Source of the DNA: a virus
Lineage: Duplodnaviria; Caudoviricetes
Strand: one strand, 5' to 3'
Virus record (IMG/VR): IMGVR_UViG_3300025889_000070
Length of the DNA stretch: 64,000 nt
Shown here: positions 34,595-42,966 of the stretch, in pieces
Layout: every line of letters begins with the position of its first letter
Numbering within the stretch: the first letter of the stretch is position 1
Notes under the pieces: model-generated
The model's database searches: none
The model's input: only the letters and a program-made list of their open reading frames with translations
What the model was told of the DNA's origin: nothing
Made by a program: the position numbers and the translations under genes

Positions 34595-35301
34595 TACTGT
34601 TATTTGATGTAGACGGTACTCTTACTCCGAGCAGGGGAGAAATGAATCTTGAGTTTGCTAATAAGTTTCTCAAGTTAAAAAACTTTAGTTTAGTCACTGG
34701 CAGTGACTGGCCAAAAACAGTGGAACAAGTTGGCACAAAAATATTTGAAGATGCTGATTATTCATTTAATTGTAGCGGCAATGATGTTTACAGCAAAGGA
34801 AAACACATAGCCAAAAATAACTGGAAACCCGGCACAGACTTACTGGATTACCTTAGCAAGTGTTTAGGGGAATCTAGTTATCCTGAAAAATATGGTAACC
34901 ATATTGAAATACGAACTGGAATGCTTAACTTTAGTATAGTAGGAAGAAATGCTATAGGTAAGCAAAGAACAGATTATTATAACTGGGACGTTCAAATGCT
35001 GGAACGTGACAGAATATGCAGAGGAATCAAATATCATTTTCCAGAACTTTGTGCTGAAGTTGGTGGTGAAACTGGTGTTGACATTTATCCAGTTGGTAAT
35101 GATAAATCCCAGTGCTTAAAATATTTTGGTGGTCGACCAATACATTTTTTTGGTGATTCTTGTCACGCCGGCGGGAATGATTATAGCATAGCAAGTATAC
35201 TGGAATCTAGATCAGATTGTAAAGTATATCATGTCAATGATTGGAAGGAAACATGGCAGATCCTAAACCAAAAATATATGAATCACCTGATGGTGGATTA
35301 A
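34591..35301 (+). CDS. HAD-IIB phosphomannomutase (eukaryote-type PMM)
   Basis: FDVDGTLT, VTGSD, EIRTGMLNFSIVGR, GGETGVDIYP, FFGD..GGNDY. Confidence 0.85.
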   Translation: MILLFDVDGTLTPSRGEMNLEFANKFLKLKNFSLVTGSDWPKTVEQVGTKIFEDADYSFNCSGNDVYSKGKHIAKNNWKPGTDLLDYLSKCLGESSYPEKYGNHIEIRTGMLNFSIVGRNAIGKQRTDYYNWDVQMLERDRICRGIKYHFPELCAEVGGETGVDIYPVGNDKSQCLKYFGGRPIHFFGDSCHAGGNDYSIASILESRSDCKVYHVNDWKETWQILNQKYMNHLMVD

Positions 35302-35585
35302 CTGTATACGCCAGAGATTTTGGTGCTCCAACGGATAGTAGAGTCGAGATTACCATGCCTGATAATCTTTACTATGACGAATTGTCTGGCTGGGAAGTTA
35401 AAATAAGTGATAATCGTTCTAACGGTTATATAGAGTATGACGCCATCAAAGAAGCAATAAAAAGTAACAGTACATTTGTAGATGTTGAATTACACAACAA
35501 ATATCCTGAACTCAGGGAAGCCTGGGAAGAATACAAAAAATTACAGGATCAATATAGTATGTGGCAACATATAGCACAAAAATAA
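35241..35585 (+). CDS. hypothetical protein
   Basis: KIYESPDGG.TVYAR N-terminal motif; 114 aa. Confidence 0.55.
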   Translation: MEGNMADPKPKIYESPDGGLTVYARDFGAPTDSRVEITMPDNLYYDELSGWEVKISDNRSNGYIEYDAIKEAIKSNSTFVDVELHNKYPELREAWEEYKKLQDQYSMWQHIAQK

Positions 35586-35595
35586 TCCAAAACGG

Positions 35596-35623
35596 TTGAC
35601 GTTCGACAACCTCATGCTATCAT
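35596..35623 (+). promoter_or_regulatory. sigma70-type promoter TTGACG..TGC-TATCAT
   Basis: Intergenic, upstream of the autotransporter; extended -10. Confidence 0.6.
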
Positions 35624-35664
35624 AATATTATGCAATGGTGCATATTTGATAAATGAGGTAAAAA

Positions 35665-38600
35665 ATGAACAAAGCATATATTGGTGCTTTGCTTGCTTCA
35701 ACTGCTCTGCTCAGTGCTTGTGTTCCTGGAAGTGGAACTCTAAGCTCTGCTGCAAGTACTGTAAAGTCTGCGTTTAACGCTAACAACGCTTTTGCTGTTA
35801 TTAGTGGGCAAATCTCAGAACTTGAAAATGTAGTTGCGGTGGCGCAAAGCAGCGCAAGCCTAAGCGCATTGGTCAATCCAACTAATGAAGACAGGACCAA
35901 TGCTGCCAACGTCGTTAGCAAGATTGATGCTGTTATCCGTGGCTGGGAAGATCATAAAGCCAACATGGATCCTAATCTACTTGCCGTTAAACTTAGTACA
36001 GCAGAATGGCGGCAAGCAGAAGCTGTTGTAAAACTACTCAAGGATGATCTCCGTCCCGTAGTTGACCGTGTAGTTCAGGGCGGCAACTATGATACCAAAG
36101 ACTTTGAATTCCTCGCAAAGAAGGAATCACTTGAACAAAAGATTAATGAAAAGAAGGCTGCCATTTTTGAAGCAGCCCAGCCCACTGTTATTAGCGCAAC
36201 TACCAGTGCAGTAACAGTAAACACTGGAGCGTCGTCCATGTCTCCTGAACGTGTCAAAAGCACTGAAGTTGTAGACGGTACACAAACGGTAACAGGTGGT
36301 AGTAGCATAAGCGATCTAACTCGTACAGCAACCTGGACCAGGACAACTACTCTGAGCATGGAGTATGATCGTACCTGGACTGTTGATGTACAGGATGTTA
36401 CTACAACTGTTTTCAGTAATGGTACTACATCTGAATCTCGTGGTACAGTTCGCAGCATTACAAACACTCAGACGTTTGATGCTCAACCACAGGTTAGCAG
36501 CCAGGAGATGACGCAAAACATTGGTTATACTGTTACAGAGCAGAATACACCAACTGTTAGTGTTACTAATGGAGAACCCACTGTTGTTGCTGAACACGTA
36601 GATAGGGTTGAACAAACAACTCAGGAAAATGGAAGTATTTTACATACTACTATTAGGACTACTACAACTACTACTACCACTCCTGTGACAACTACTACAA
36701 CTTATCCAAAAATTAGTGTCTACAACTATGAAGATGGACACTCTTTTACACACGATGCTACTGATGAAGTTTTGAGTAGCACAGTGGATGATGTTGTTGT
36801 TGCTACCAGTGAGGCTGTCGTAGAAACTATTACTGAGCATGTTGTAACAACAGAAACTACTACTAATGAAGTTGTTACACAGGTTACAGAAGGTAATCCA
36901 GTATTTGTTACTACACACGAAGATGTTACTACTACAAATACTGTAAACGGCGTAACTACTACTACAGTTACTCGTAACTATACTACAACTGCTACAGTGA
37001 CAACTACTACCACGACAAGTACTACCCCTGTAACTGTTAAAGTGTGGACAGACGGTAAACAAGAAACTATTCGTGGCGAAACTGTTGTAACAACGGAAAC
37101 CAGTGAAAGTGTAGTAACTGACCAGTGGGCAAAAGTAATGGAACAAACCACTACTGATGCTGTTGCGGAAGAAACTACAGAGTCAGCAGGAAGTGTTAAT
37201 CTTGCTGACCTAGGAACCCCAACGCCTGGAATGAGCAGCAATCCAGCAGACTTTAAGACCAATGAGTTTACCCTTGGTGCTACTGGTGGCTGGACTGACA
37301 ACAAAAGCATTATCAAGGCTGATGTTGCTTATAGTCGTGGTTGGACTGGTAAAGGTAGTTTGATTACCATTGCTGACACTGGCTATAATACCACGCACAC
37401 TGACTTAGAAGCAAAACACACTTTTAATACTATCACCGGTGATTCGACTAACATGGAAGATAATGTTGGACACGGATCACATGTTATGGGTATTGCAGCT
37501 GGCCGTAGAAACGGAACTGGTATGCATGGTGTAGCATTTGATGCTGATGTTGCTGTAGTTAAAGTAACAGATACCACAGGTTACAGTTTCGCTCGTGCTA
37601 GAACTGGCGCGACTTGGGCTGCTAACCTAGGCAGTGTTGCTTACAACGTAAGTGCTAACTATAGCTCAGACAGTGCTTTGCGTAGCAGTATTGTAGCAAC
37701 AGGTGATGGCACCTATAAGTCCACGCACTATTACTACGGTGTTAATGGCTATAATGGTGTACTACAAGAAGCCCAATTATGGAAAACCGCACTGGGTACT
37801 GAACAGATCCTAGTAAACAGTGCCGGCAACCAGACCAGCGATGTTGTATTTGGAACAGGACAAATGGCAACTGCTACAGAAAATGGTCAGCTTATCCTAG
37901 GCGGACGAATGCTGGTAGTTGGCAACTGGGACCAGAATAACAACGTTGTTCAGGGTGCAAAAGCTGGTCATCTTTGTACCACATACGATGAAGCAGCAGC
38001 AACTTGTAAAGACGCTGCTAGCATGCGGGACTTTTACATTCTTGCTCCAGGCATGAGTGTTAAGAGTGCTAACAAAGGAGATCCAAACGCTATCGTAGAC
38101 ATGAGTGGTACTAGTATGGCAGCACCACAGGTTACTGGCGCACTTGCTATTCTTAACCAAATGTGGCCACACATGAAAGGTGAAAACCTTGTCAAGTTGG
38201 TAACTACTACTGCCAGCAAGGACTTGCCTGGATACAATCCAGGTGTACACGGCAGCGGTTTGCTGGATTTGGATCGTGCTACACAGCCTGTAGGTGCTAC
38301 TGGTATCCCAACAAGTGGTCGTACCAGTGGCGCTATCGCAAGCCTGAGCACACTAAGCGGTGGTGCCCTAGTTGGCTCAATTAGCAGTGAAGCATTTGCT
38401 CCGCTTGCAAATGTTATGGTACTAGACAGCTTTGAGCGTGATTACACTATTGACCTTAGTGAAGCACAAAAGGTTGATACACGCCCAGGTAGCTATGTAG
38501 AATCTCTAGCATTTGGCAACGGCGACTACGACGCTTATGGAAACCTTGCCAGCAGTAATGCTAATCTTGCACTACCAAACATGCTAGGCTATACTGGTAA

Positions 38601-39231
38601 TATTAAAATCAACGAGAACGCAACTGGCGACTATGCATTTAGTGTTGGTTACAATCTTGTTGATGATAAGGATACCAAAGTAGATTTTGGTTTGGGCTTT
38701 GTCAAAGAAACAGGTAAGTTTCTTAACAACGTTCAGCAGGGCTTCATGGGAGTTGGTGAAAATCACACCACAAACTATGCCAGCCTAAAGATTAAACACA
38801 ACTTCAATGATACAGTGTTTGGGTTTGGTAATCTCCAGCTGGGTATGACAGATGTTGAATCCAGCAAGGATTTTAGCCTAGTTACAGGATACAGCAATCT
38901 AGTAAGTCGCAGTTTTGCTGTAGGCGCTGGGGTAAAGCCTGCTCAAGGCTGGAAACTCGGGGCTACATATAGTCAGCCACTAAATATCATGAGTGGCAAA
39001 ATGAACTACAAAGTTCCTGTAGCCAGAACCTTGGATGGTCAAGTTCAGTTTAATGAAGGAAGTGCTGATGCAAGCACAAAAGTTATTGAACATGACCTGG
39101 GTCTTTTTGTACAATATAAGATGGATGAAAACTTTAGCTTTGCTGGCTATGGTGAACACAGAATAAACGTTGCCGGTACAAAAGGAAACAGCCAGACTAA
39201 CGTAGGTGTAAAATTTAACTGGCAGTTCTAA
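35665..39231 (+). CDS. lipoprotein S8 subtilisin-like serine protease autotransporter with Thr-rich stalk
   Basis: Lipobox LSAC (Cys19); triad IADTG / GHGSHVMG / GTSMAAP; C-terminal amphipathic beta-strands ending VKFNWQF. Confidence 0.85.
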   Translation: MNKAYIGALLASTALLSACVPGSGTLSSAASTVKSAFNANNAFAVISGQISELENVVAVAQSSASLSALVNPTNEDRTNAANVVSKIDAVIRGWEDHKANMDPNLLAVKLSTAEWRQAEAVVKLLKDDLRPVVDRVVQGGNYDTKDFEFLAKKESLEQKINEKKAAIFEAAQPTVISATTSAVTVNTGASSMSPERVKSTEVVDGTQTVTGGSSISDLTRTATWTRTTTLSMEYDRTWTVDVQDVTTTVFSNGTTSESRGTVRSITNTQTFDAQPQVSSQEMTQNIGYTVTEQNTPTVSVTNGEPTVVAEHVDRVEQTTQENGSILHTTIRTTTTTTTTPVTTTTTYPKISVYNYEDGHSFTHDATDEVLSSTVDDVVVATSEAVVETITEHVVTTETTTNEVVTQVTEGNPVFVTTHEDVTTTNTVNGVTTTTVTRNYTTTATVTTTTTTSTTPVTVKVWTDGKQETIRGETVVTTETSESVVTDQWAKVMEQTTTDAVAEETTESAGSVNLADLGTPTPGMSSNPADFKTNEFTLGATGGWTDNKSIIKADVAYSRGWTGKGSLITIADTGYNTTHTDLEAKHTFNTITGDSTNMEDNVGHGSHVMGIAAGRRNGTGMHGVAFDADVAVVKVTDTTGYSFARARTGATWAANLGSVAYNVSANYSSDSALRSSIVATGDGTYKSTHYYYGVNGYNGVLQEAQLWKTALGTEQILVNSAGNQTSDVVFGTGQMATATENGQLILGGRMLVVGNWDQNNNVVQGAKAGHLCTTYDEAAATCKDAASMRDFYILAPGMSVKSANKGDPNAIVDMSGTSMAAPQVTGALAILNQMWPHMKGENLVKLVTTTASKDLPGYNPGVHGSGLLDLDRATQPVGATGIPTSGRTSGAIASLSTLSGGALVGSISSEAFAPLANVMVLDSFERDYTIDLSEAQKVDTRPGSYVESLAFGNGDYDAYGNLASSNANLALPNMLGYTGNIKINENATGDYAFSVGYNLVDDKDTKVDFGLGFVKETGKFLNNVQQGFMGVGENHTTNYASLKIKHNFNDTVFGFGNLQLGMTDVESSKDFSLVTGYSNLVSRSFAVGAGVKPAQGWKLGATYSQPLNIMSGKMNYKVPVARTLDGQVQFNEGSADASTKVIEHDLGLFVQYKMDENFSFAGYGEHRINVAGTKGNSQTNVGVKFNWQF

Positions 39232-39241
39232 GGAGGAAGAA

Positions 39242-39724
39242 ATGCAACTAGTGCAGATCACATTAGAAAACTATAAGAAACTTAAATTTAATATCGATGA
39301 TGATCCAGTACGGCCTGAGCTAACTTTAGACTTTAGACTAGCACCAGGGCGTGAGATTTGGGCACTAGTTGCAGATGACGAATACAAGGCGGCGGTCTGT
39401 GTGGCATACTGCAACGAAGTACCTATTACTGTAAAAGAACTTGATTATTACAGTCAAGCAGCGCATCAAGACGATCAACATGGTAATATTGCAATCGCAT
39501 ACACAGTTTGGACCAAGCAACCTGGTGCTGGAAGAAAACTAATATTGGACATGATAAAACTATTAGAACAACAACGTGTCCTGCGCCTAGTAACTCTAAG
39601 TCCAAAAACAGCAATGGCGAGAAAATTCCATTTAAGAAATGGCGCCTTTATTTTTCAATTAAATACTGAGACAGACAACTATGAATATAAACTTTATCAA
39701 GAACAGGAAACGAGTAATACTTGA
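39242..39724 (+). CDS. hypothetical protein, possible GNAT-like fold
   Basis: YTVW..QPGAGRKLI..LVTLSPKTAMARKFHLRNGA. Confidence 0.45.
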   Translation: MQLVQITLENYKKLKFNIDDDPVRPELTLDFRLAPGREIWALVADDEYKAAVCVAYCNEVPITVKELDYYSQAAHQDDQHGNIAIAYTVWTKQPGAGRKLILDMIKLLEQQRVLRLVTLSPKTAMARKFHLRNGAFIFQLNTETDNYEYKLYQEQETSNT

Positions 39725-40124
39725 CAGACTGGGAAACAACCCTTATCTTGTTAGATACTACTTGTTCCTTAAAGATAGAAAATGGTTTCCATTCAATATT
39801 TTCCTACACAAGTTTCTAAGCAGTGACCCAGATGAACTACATGACCATCCCTGGCCCTACTTTACACTTATACTACGCGGCGGATACTGGGAAACAACAC
39901 CAAATGGCAGATTTTGGAGACAGCCTGGGCATTTTAGGTTTTGTAAACCAAAAGATTTACATCGCATTGAACTAGAGCCTGATATTACCGCCTGGACTCT
40001 TTTTATTCCTGGCCCAAAACTTAGAGAATGGGGTTTTATAGTAAACGGAAAGTGGATGCATAACGAGCAATATTTTGCTTGGAGAAAACAAAAGGTAAAA
40101 AATGAAAAAGTTGTATCTTTCTAA
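39681..40124 (+). CDS. cupin-fold protein
   Basis: LHDHPWPYFTLILRGGYWE..LHRIEL..WTLFIPGP. Confidence 0.7.
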   Translation: MNINFIKNRKRVILDRLGNNPYLVRYYLFLKDRKWFPFNIFLHKFLSSDPDELHDHPWPYFTLILRGGYWETTPNGRFWRQPGHFRFCKPKDLHRIELEPDITAWTLFIPGPKLREWGFIVNGKWMHNEQYFAWRKQKVKNEKVVSF

Positions 40125-40635
40125 TAAACAGATTAAAAAAAGCATACACGATATTGTTTCACAAATGTATGCTGATAACTGGCGACCTGACTACATTGTA
40201 GGTATTACTCGTGGCGGTCTTGTCCCCGCTGTTCTTATGAGCCATCTAACAGGTATTAAGATGCATACCCTTGATGTTAGATTACGTGATGCCGCTGGCG
40301 AAAATGAATCCAACTACTGGATGGCAGAGGATGCTTTTGGCAACCATAGAACTGATGATCTACCAAGTTATAGCAATCCGCATCTTAGGAAAAATATTTT
40401 AATCTTGGATGATATCAATGATAGCGGAGCAACTCTTGAATGGATCAAAAACGATTGGCCCAGCGGATGCTTGCCAAATGATCCTGCTTGGAATGATGTT
40501 TGGCACAATAATGTTCGTTTCGCGACCATTGTAAATAATCTATCAAGTCCCTTTGAAGTTGATTATTCCTGTATCGAAATAAACAAAGCGGAAGAAGATG
40601 TTTGGGTAGTTTTTCCCTATGAGGAATGGTGGTAA
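40102..40635 (+). CDS. type I phosphoribosyltransferase (xanthine/guanine PRT-like)
   Basis: VGITRGGLVPA, PRPP loop ILILDDINDSGATL, WVVFPYE. Confidence 0.85.
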   Translation: MKKLYLSNKQIKKSIHDIVSQMYADNWRPDYIVGITRGGLVPAVLMSHLTGIKMHTLDVRLRDAAGENESNYWMAEDAFGNHRTDDLPSYSNPHLRKNILILDDINDSGATLEWIKNDWPSGCLPNDPAWNDVWHNNVRFATIVNNLSSPFEVDYSCIEINKAEEDVWVVFPYEEWW

Positions 40636-41204
40636 TGCTGTTTACAGAATACAAAAATTGGATATCTGATAAGGAACACATTGATATTTTAAGTAAAATT
40701 GTATACGCACCAAAGTGGCGTTTTGGCCAAGTAAGTGATGATCAAATTGAACCAAACTATCCAATGTGGTTCCAGGGATTTTATCACGTGCACAAACATG
40801 AATTTAAGGACGATTGTCCTGATATTGCTAAAACTTTAACGGAACGGTTTTTGGACCTAGCACCCGACAACTATATGTTGGTTAGAAGCATGGCTAGTAG
40901 TAATACGTTTGGTCAGGACGGAGACTTTCACACAGATTGGCCAGTATTTGGGCAAAGCATTACTGGTGTACTTTATACTGATAAAGTATGGGAAACAAAC
41001 TGGGGCGGTGAAACCTTGTTTAAAGGAGATCAGGTTTTAGAAGCAAGTGAGTATGAGCCTTGTAAACTTGTTACTTTTGATAGTAGCATTCCGCACATTG
41101 GTAAAGGTCCCCAACGTAGGTGCAAGGAAATGCGTAGCATACTAGCATTCCAAGCAGTGGAAGCCGATGCTCTCAGAGAAAGAATGAATAAAAAACTTGA
41201 CTAA
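40635..41204 (+). CDS. 2OG-Fe(II) oxygenase
   Basis: FHTD (HxD), WGGETLF, VTFDSSIPHIG, R.ILAF. Confidence 0.8.
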   Translation: MLFTEYKNWISDKEHIDILSKIVYAPKWRFGQVSDDQIEPNYPMWFQGFYHVHKHEFKDDCPDIAKTLTERFLDLAPDNYMLVRSMASSNTFGQDGDFHTDWPVFGQSITGVLYTDKVWETNWGGETLFKGDQVLEASEYEPCKLVTFDSSIPHIGKGPQRRCKEMRSILAFQAVEADALRERMNKKLD

Positions 41205-41225
41205 ATAGAAAGTACTTGTTATTAT
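41197..41225 (+). promoter_or_regulatory. sigma70-type promoter TTGACT-N17-TATTAT
   Basis: Upstream of the queD leader. Confidence 0.7.
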
Positions 41226-41231
41226 AATAAT

Positions 41232-41297
41232 AAGAGGACTTAGTGTTCGTTCCCTCTTTAAATATTCCGCGCACTCCATAACCAAGGAGTATAAATT
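41232..41297 (+). promoter_or_regulatory. structured 5' leader of queD (candidate riboswitch-like element)
   Basis: Stem AAGAGG/CCTCTT; loop AGTG complementary to downstream CACT; ACTCC/GGAGT hairpin covers the SD. Confidence 0.45.
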
Positions 41298-41777
41298 ATG
41301 GCAAAATATATTAGTACTAAAACATATAGACACTTAGGTCCAGTAGCATACAGGCAGTGGAGAGCAGACAGTCATTGTAATTTAATTCATGGATACGCAT
41401 TAAGTTTCCATTTTGAATTTGAATGCGACACACTGGATGCTAGAAACTGGTGCATGGACTTTGGTGGTTTGAAGCCACTAAAACAAAACCTAGAAGATTG
41501 GTTTGATCATACGCTATTAGTAGCACAAGACGATCCAGACCGAGAAACATTGTTAGATCTTGGTAAAAAAGGATTAGCAAAGATCACAGAAGTTGAAAAA
41601 ACTGGCTGCGAGGGTCTAGCAGACTTCCTTTATGAATACGTAAATACTATTTTCTTACCCAACTATGGCAAAGCAGAAGCAGAACGTATCTGGTGCTGTA
41701 AAGTTGAGGTAAGGGAAACCGACTCAAATATGGCTATGCGTGTCGGGCATAGAGAAGATGGAGAATTCGATGTTTAA
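41298..41777 (+). CDS. queD: 6-carboxy-5,6,7,8-tetrahydropterin synthase
   Basis: HCNLIHGY, MDFGGLKPLK, FDHTLL, EGLA, VRET.SN.A. Confidence 0.9.
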   Translation: MAKYISTKTYRHLGPVAYRQWRADSHCNLIHGYALSFHFEFECDTLDARNWCMDFGGLKPLKQNLEDWFDHTLLVAQDDPDRETLLDLGKKGLAKITEVEKTGCEGLADFLYEYVNTIFLPNYGKAEAERIWCCKVEVRETDSNMAMRVGHREDGEFDV

Positions 41778-41985
41778 AACTTTTTGGAACTTTATTTCTG
41801 GTTTAGGCAGTGTTGAAGACATTGTAAAGACAGCTACAGTAACAGAAGCAGAACTTAAAAAGATGACCAAAAAAGAAATTGATGACTGGGCTGCTAGTTC
41901 AGGCGTTACACTTGATCGTCGTCTTACAAAAGATAAGATGATTGCTGAACTTAAAACACACACATCTAAAGTTAACATTACATAA
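41770..41985 (+). CDS. small hypothetical protein (possible Rho-N/SAP-like helical C-terminus)
   Basis: LKKMTKKEIDDWA..LDRRLTKDKMIAEL; GGAG SD. Confidence 0.5.
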   Translation: MFKTFWNFISGLGSVEDIVKTATVTEAELKKMTKKEIDDWAASSGVTLDRRLTKDKMIAELKTHTSKVNIT

Positions 41986-41994
41986 GAGGCATTA

Positions 41995-42876
41995 ATGAAA
42001 ATAAGATACACTGAAGCGTTTTATAGTGTACAAGGCGAAGGAAGGTTTGTTGGAGTTCCCAGCGTTTTCTTGCGTATGTACGGTTGTAATTTTACATGTC
42101 CAAAGTTTGGGCTAGCAAGGGATGCAGATACAAGTCAGACTGATAAAAAGTTAGCGGACATTGTTTACGAAACAACCAAGGTGTTTCCTGAAAAATATGA
42201 TAGTGTAGATAAACTCCCACTTATTGAAACAGGCTGTGACAGTTATGCCGCTTGGCATCCTGCTTTTAAACATCTACAGAATGACGTAGACTTGGACACA
42301 CTTGTAGATAGACTGCTAGCACTAACACCCACTGGATCATGGACACAGGAAAATGGTCAAGACATACACTTGGTTATCACAGGTGGTGAACCTTTGTTGG
42401 GTTGGCAGCGTGTGTATACAGAACTATTTGAACATCCAAAAATGAAGGATCTTAAAAATGTCACTTTTGAAACTAACACCACACAGCCTTTGCAGGACAA
42501 TTTCCAGTCTTACCTCAACAATAACCAACAACTACATGTTACATGGTCATGTTCCCCGAAGCTATCGGTTAGTGGACATGCTTGGGATGATGCTATACAG
42601 CCTAGTATTGCTAGGAGTTACAGTGACATTCGTGATAGCTACCTATATTTCAAGTTTGTTGTATGTGATGATGTTGATGTGGAAGAAGTTGACCGAGCTG
42701 TGGCGGAATTTAGAGCTGCCGGTATTACTGCGCCGGTTTATGTCATGGCTGTCGGAGGTACAACAACAAGTTACTTTGCTAACGGCAAAACTGTGGCGGA
42801 ACTTGCTCTTAAAAAAGGCTATTGTTATTCGCCCAGGCTTCATGTCGACGTTTTTGGCAATGCCTGGGGAACGTAA
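41995..42876 (+). CDS. queE: 7-carboxy-7-deazaguanine synthase (radical SAM)
   Basis: FYSVQGEGRFVGVPSVFLRMYGCNFTC..GCDS, VITGGEPLL, FETN, SPKL, SPRLH. Confidence 0.93.
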   Translation: MKIRYTEAFYSVQGEGRFVGVPSVFLRMYGCNFTCPKFGLARDADTSQTDKKLADIVYETTKVFPEKYDSVDKLPLIETGCDSYAAWHPAFKHLQNDVDLDTLVDRLLALTPTGSWTQENGQDIHLVITGGEPLLGWQRVYTELFEHPKMKDLKNVTFETNTTQPLQDNFQSYLNNNQQLHVTWSCSPKLSVSGHAWDDAIQPSIARSYSDIRDSYLYFKFVVCDDVDVEEVDRAVAEFRAAGITAPVYVMAVGGTTTSYFANGKTVAELALKKGYCYSPRLHVDVFGNAWGT

Positions 42877-42966
42877 TAAATCCACTGGTATGCCTGTAAT
42901 AGAAAAACAAAAACAAGAAAAACTAGTCCCAAAAGATTTAGAACAGAGACTTAGAGAATCAGGATT

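Noticed and set aside
36170-37170. ACT/ACA-rich low-complexity tract as a repeat element or ncRNA
   Set aside because: It simply encodes the Thr-rich stalk of the autotransporter.
36087-38766. Multiple minus-strand ORFs across the autotransporter
   Set aside because: Antisense shadows of a biased coding strand.
41232-41275. Calling the queD leader a canonical preQ1-I riboswitch
   Set aside because: Loop length and sequence and the 3' tail deviate from the consensus as I recall it; kept only as a candidate finding.
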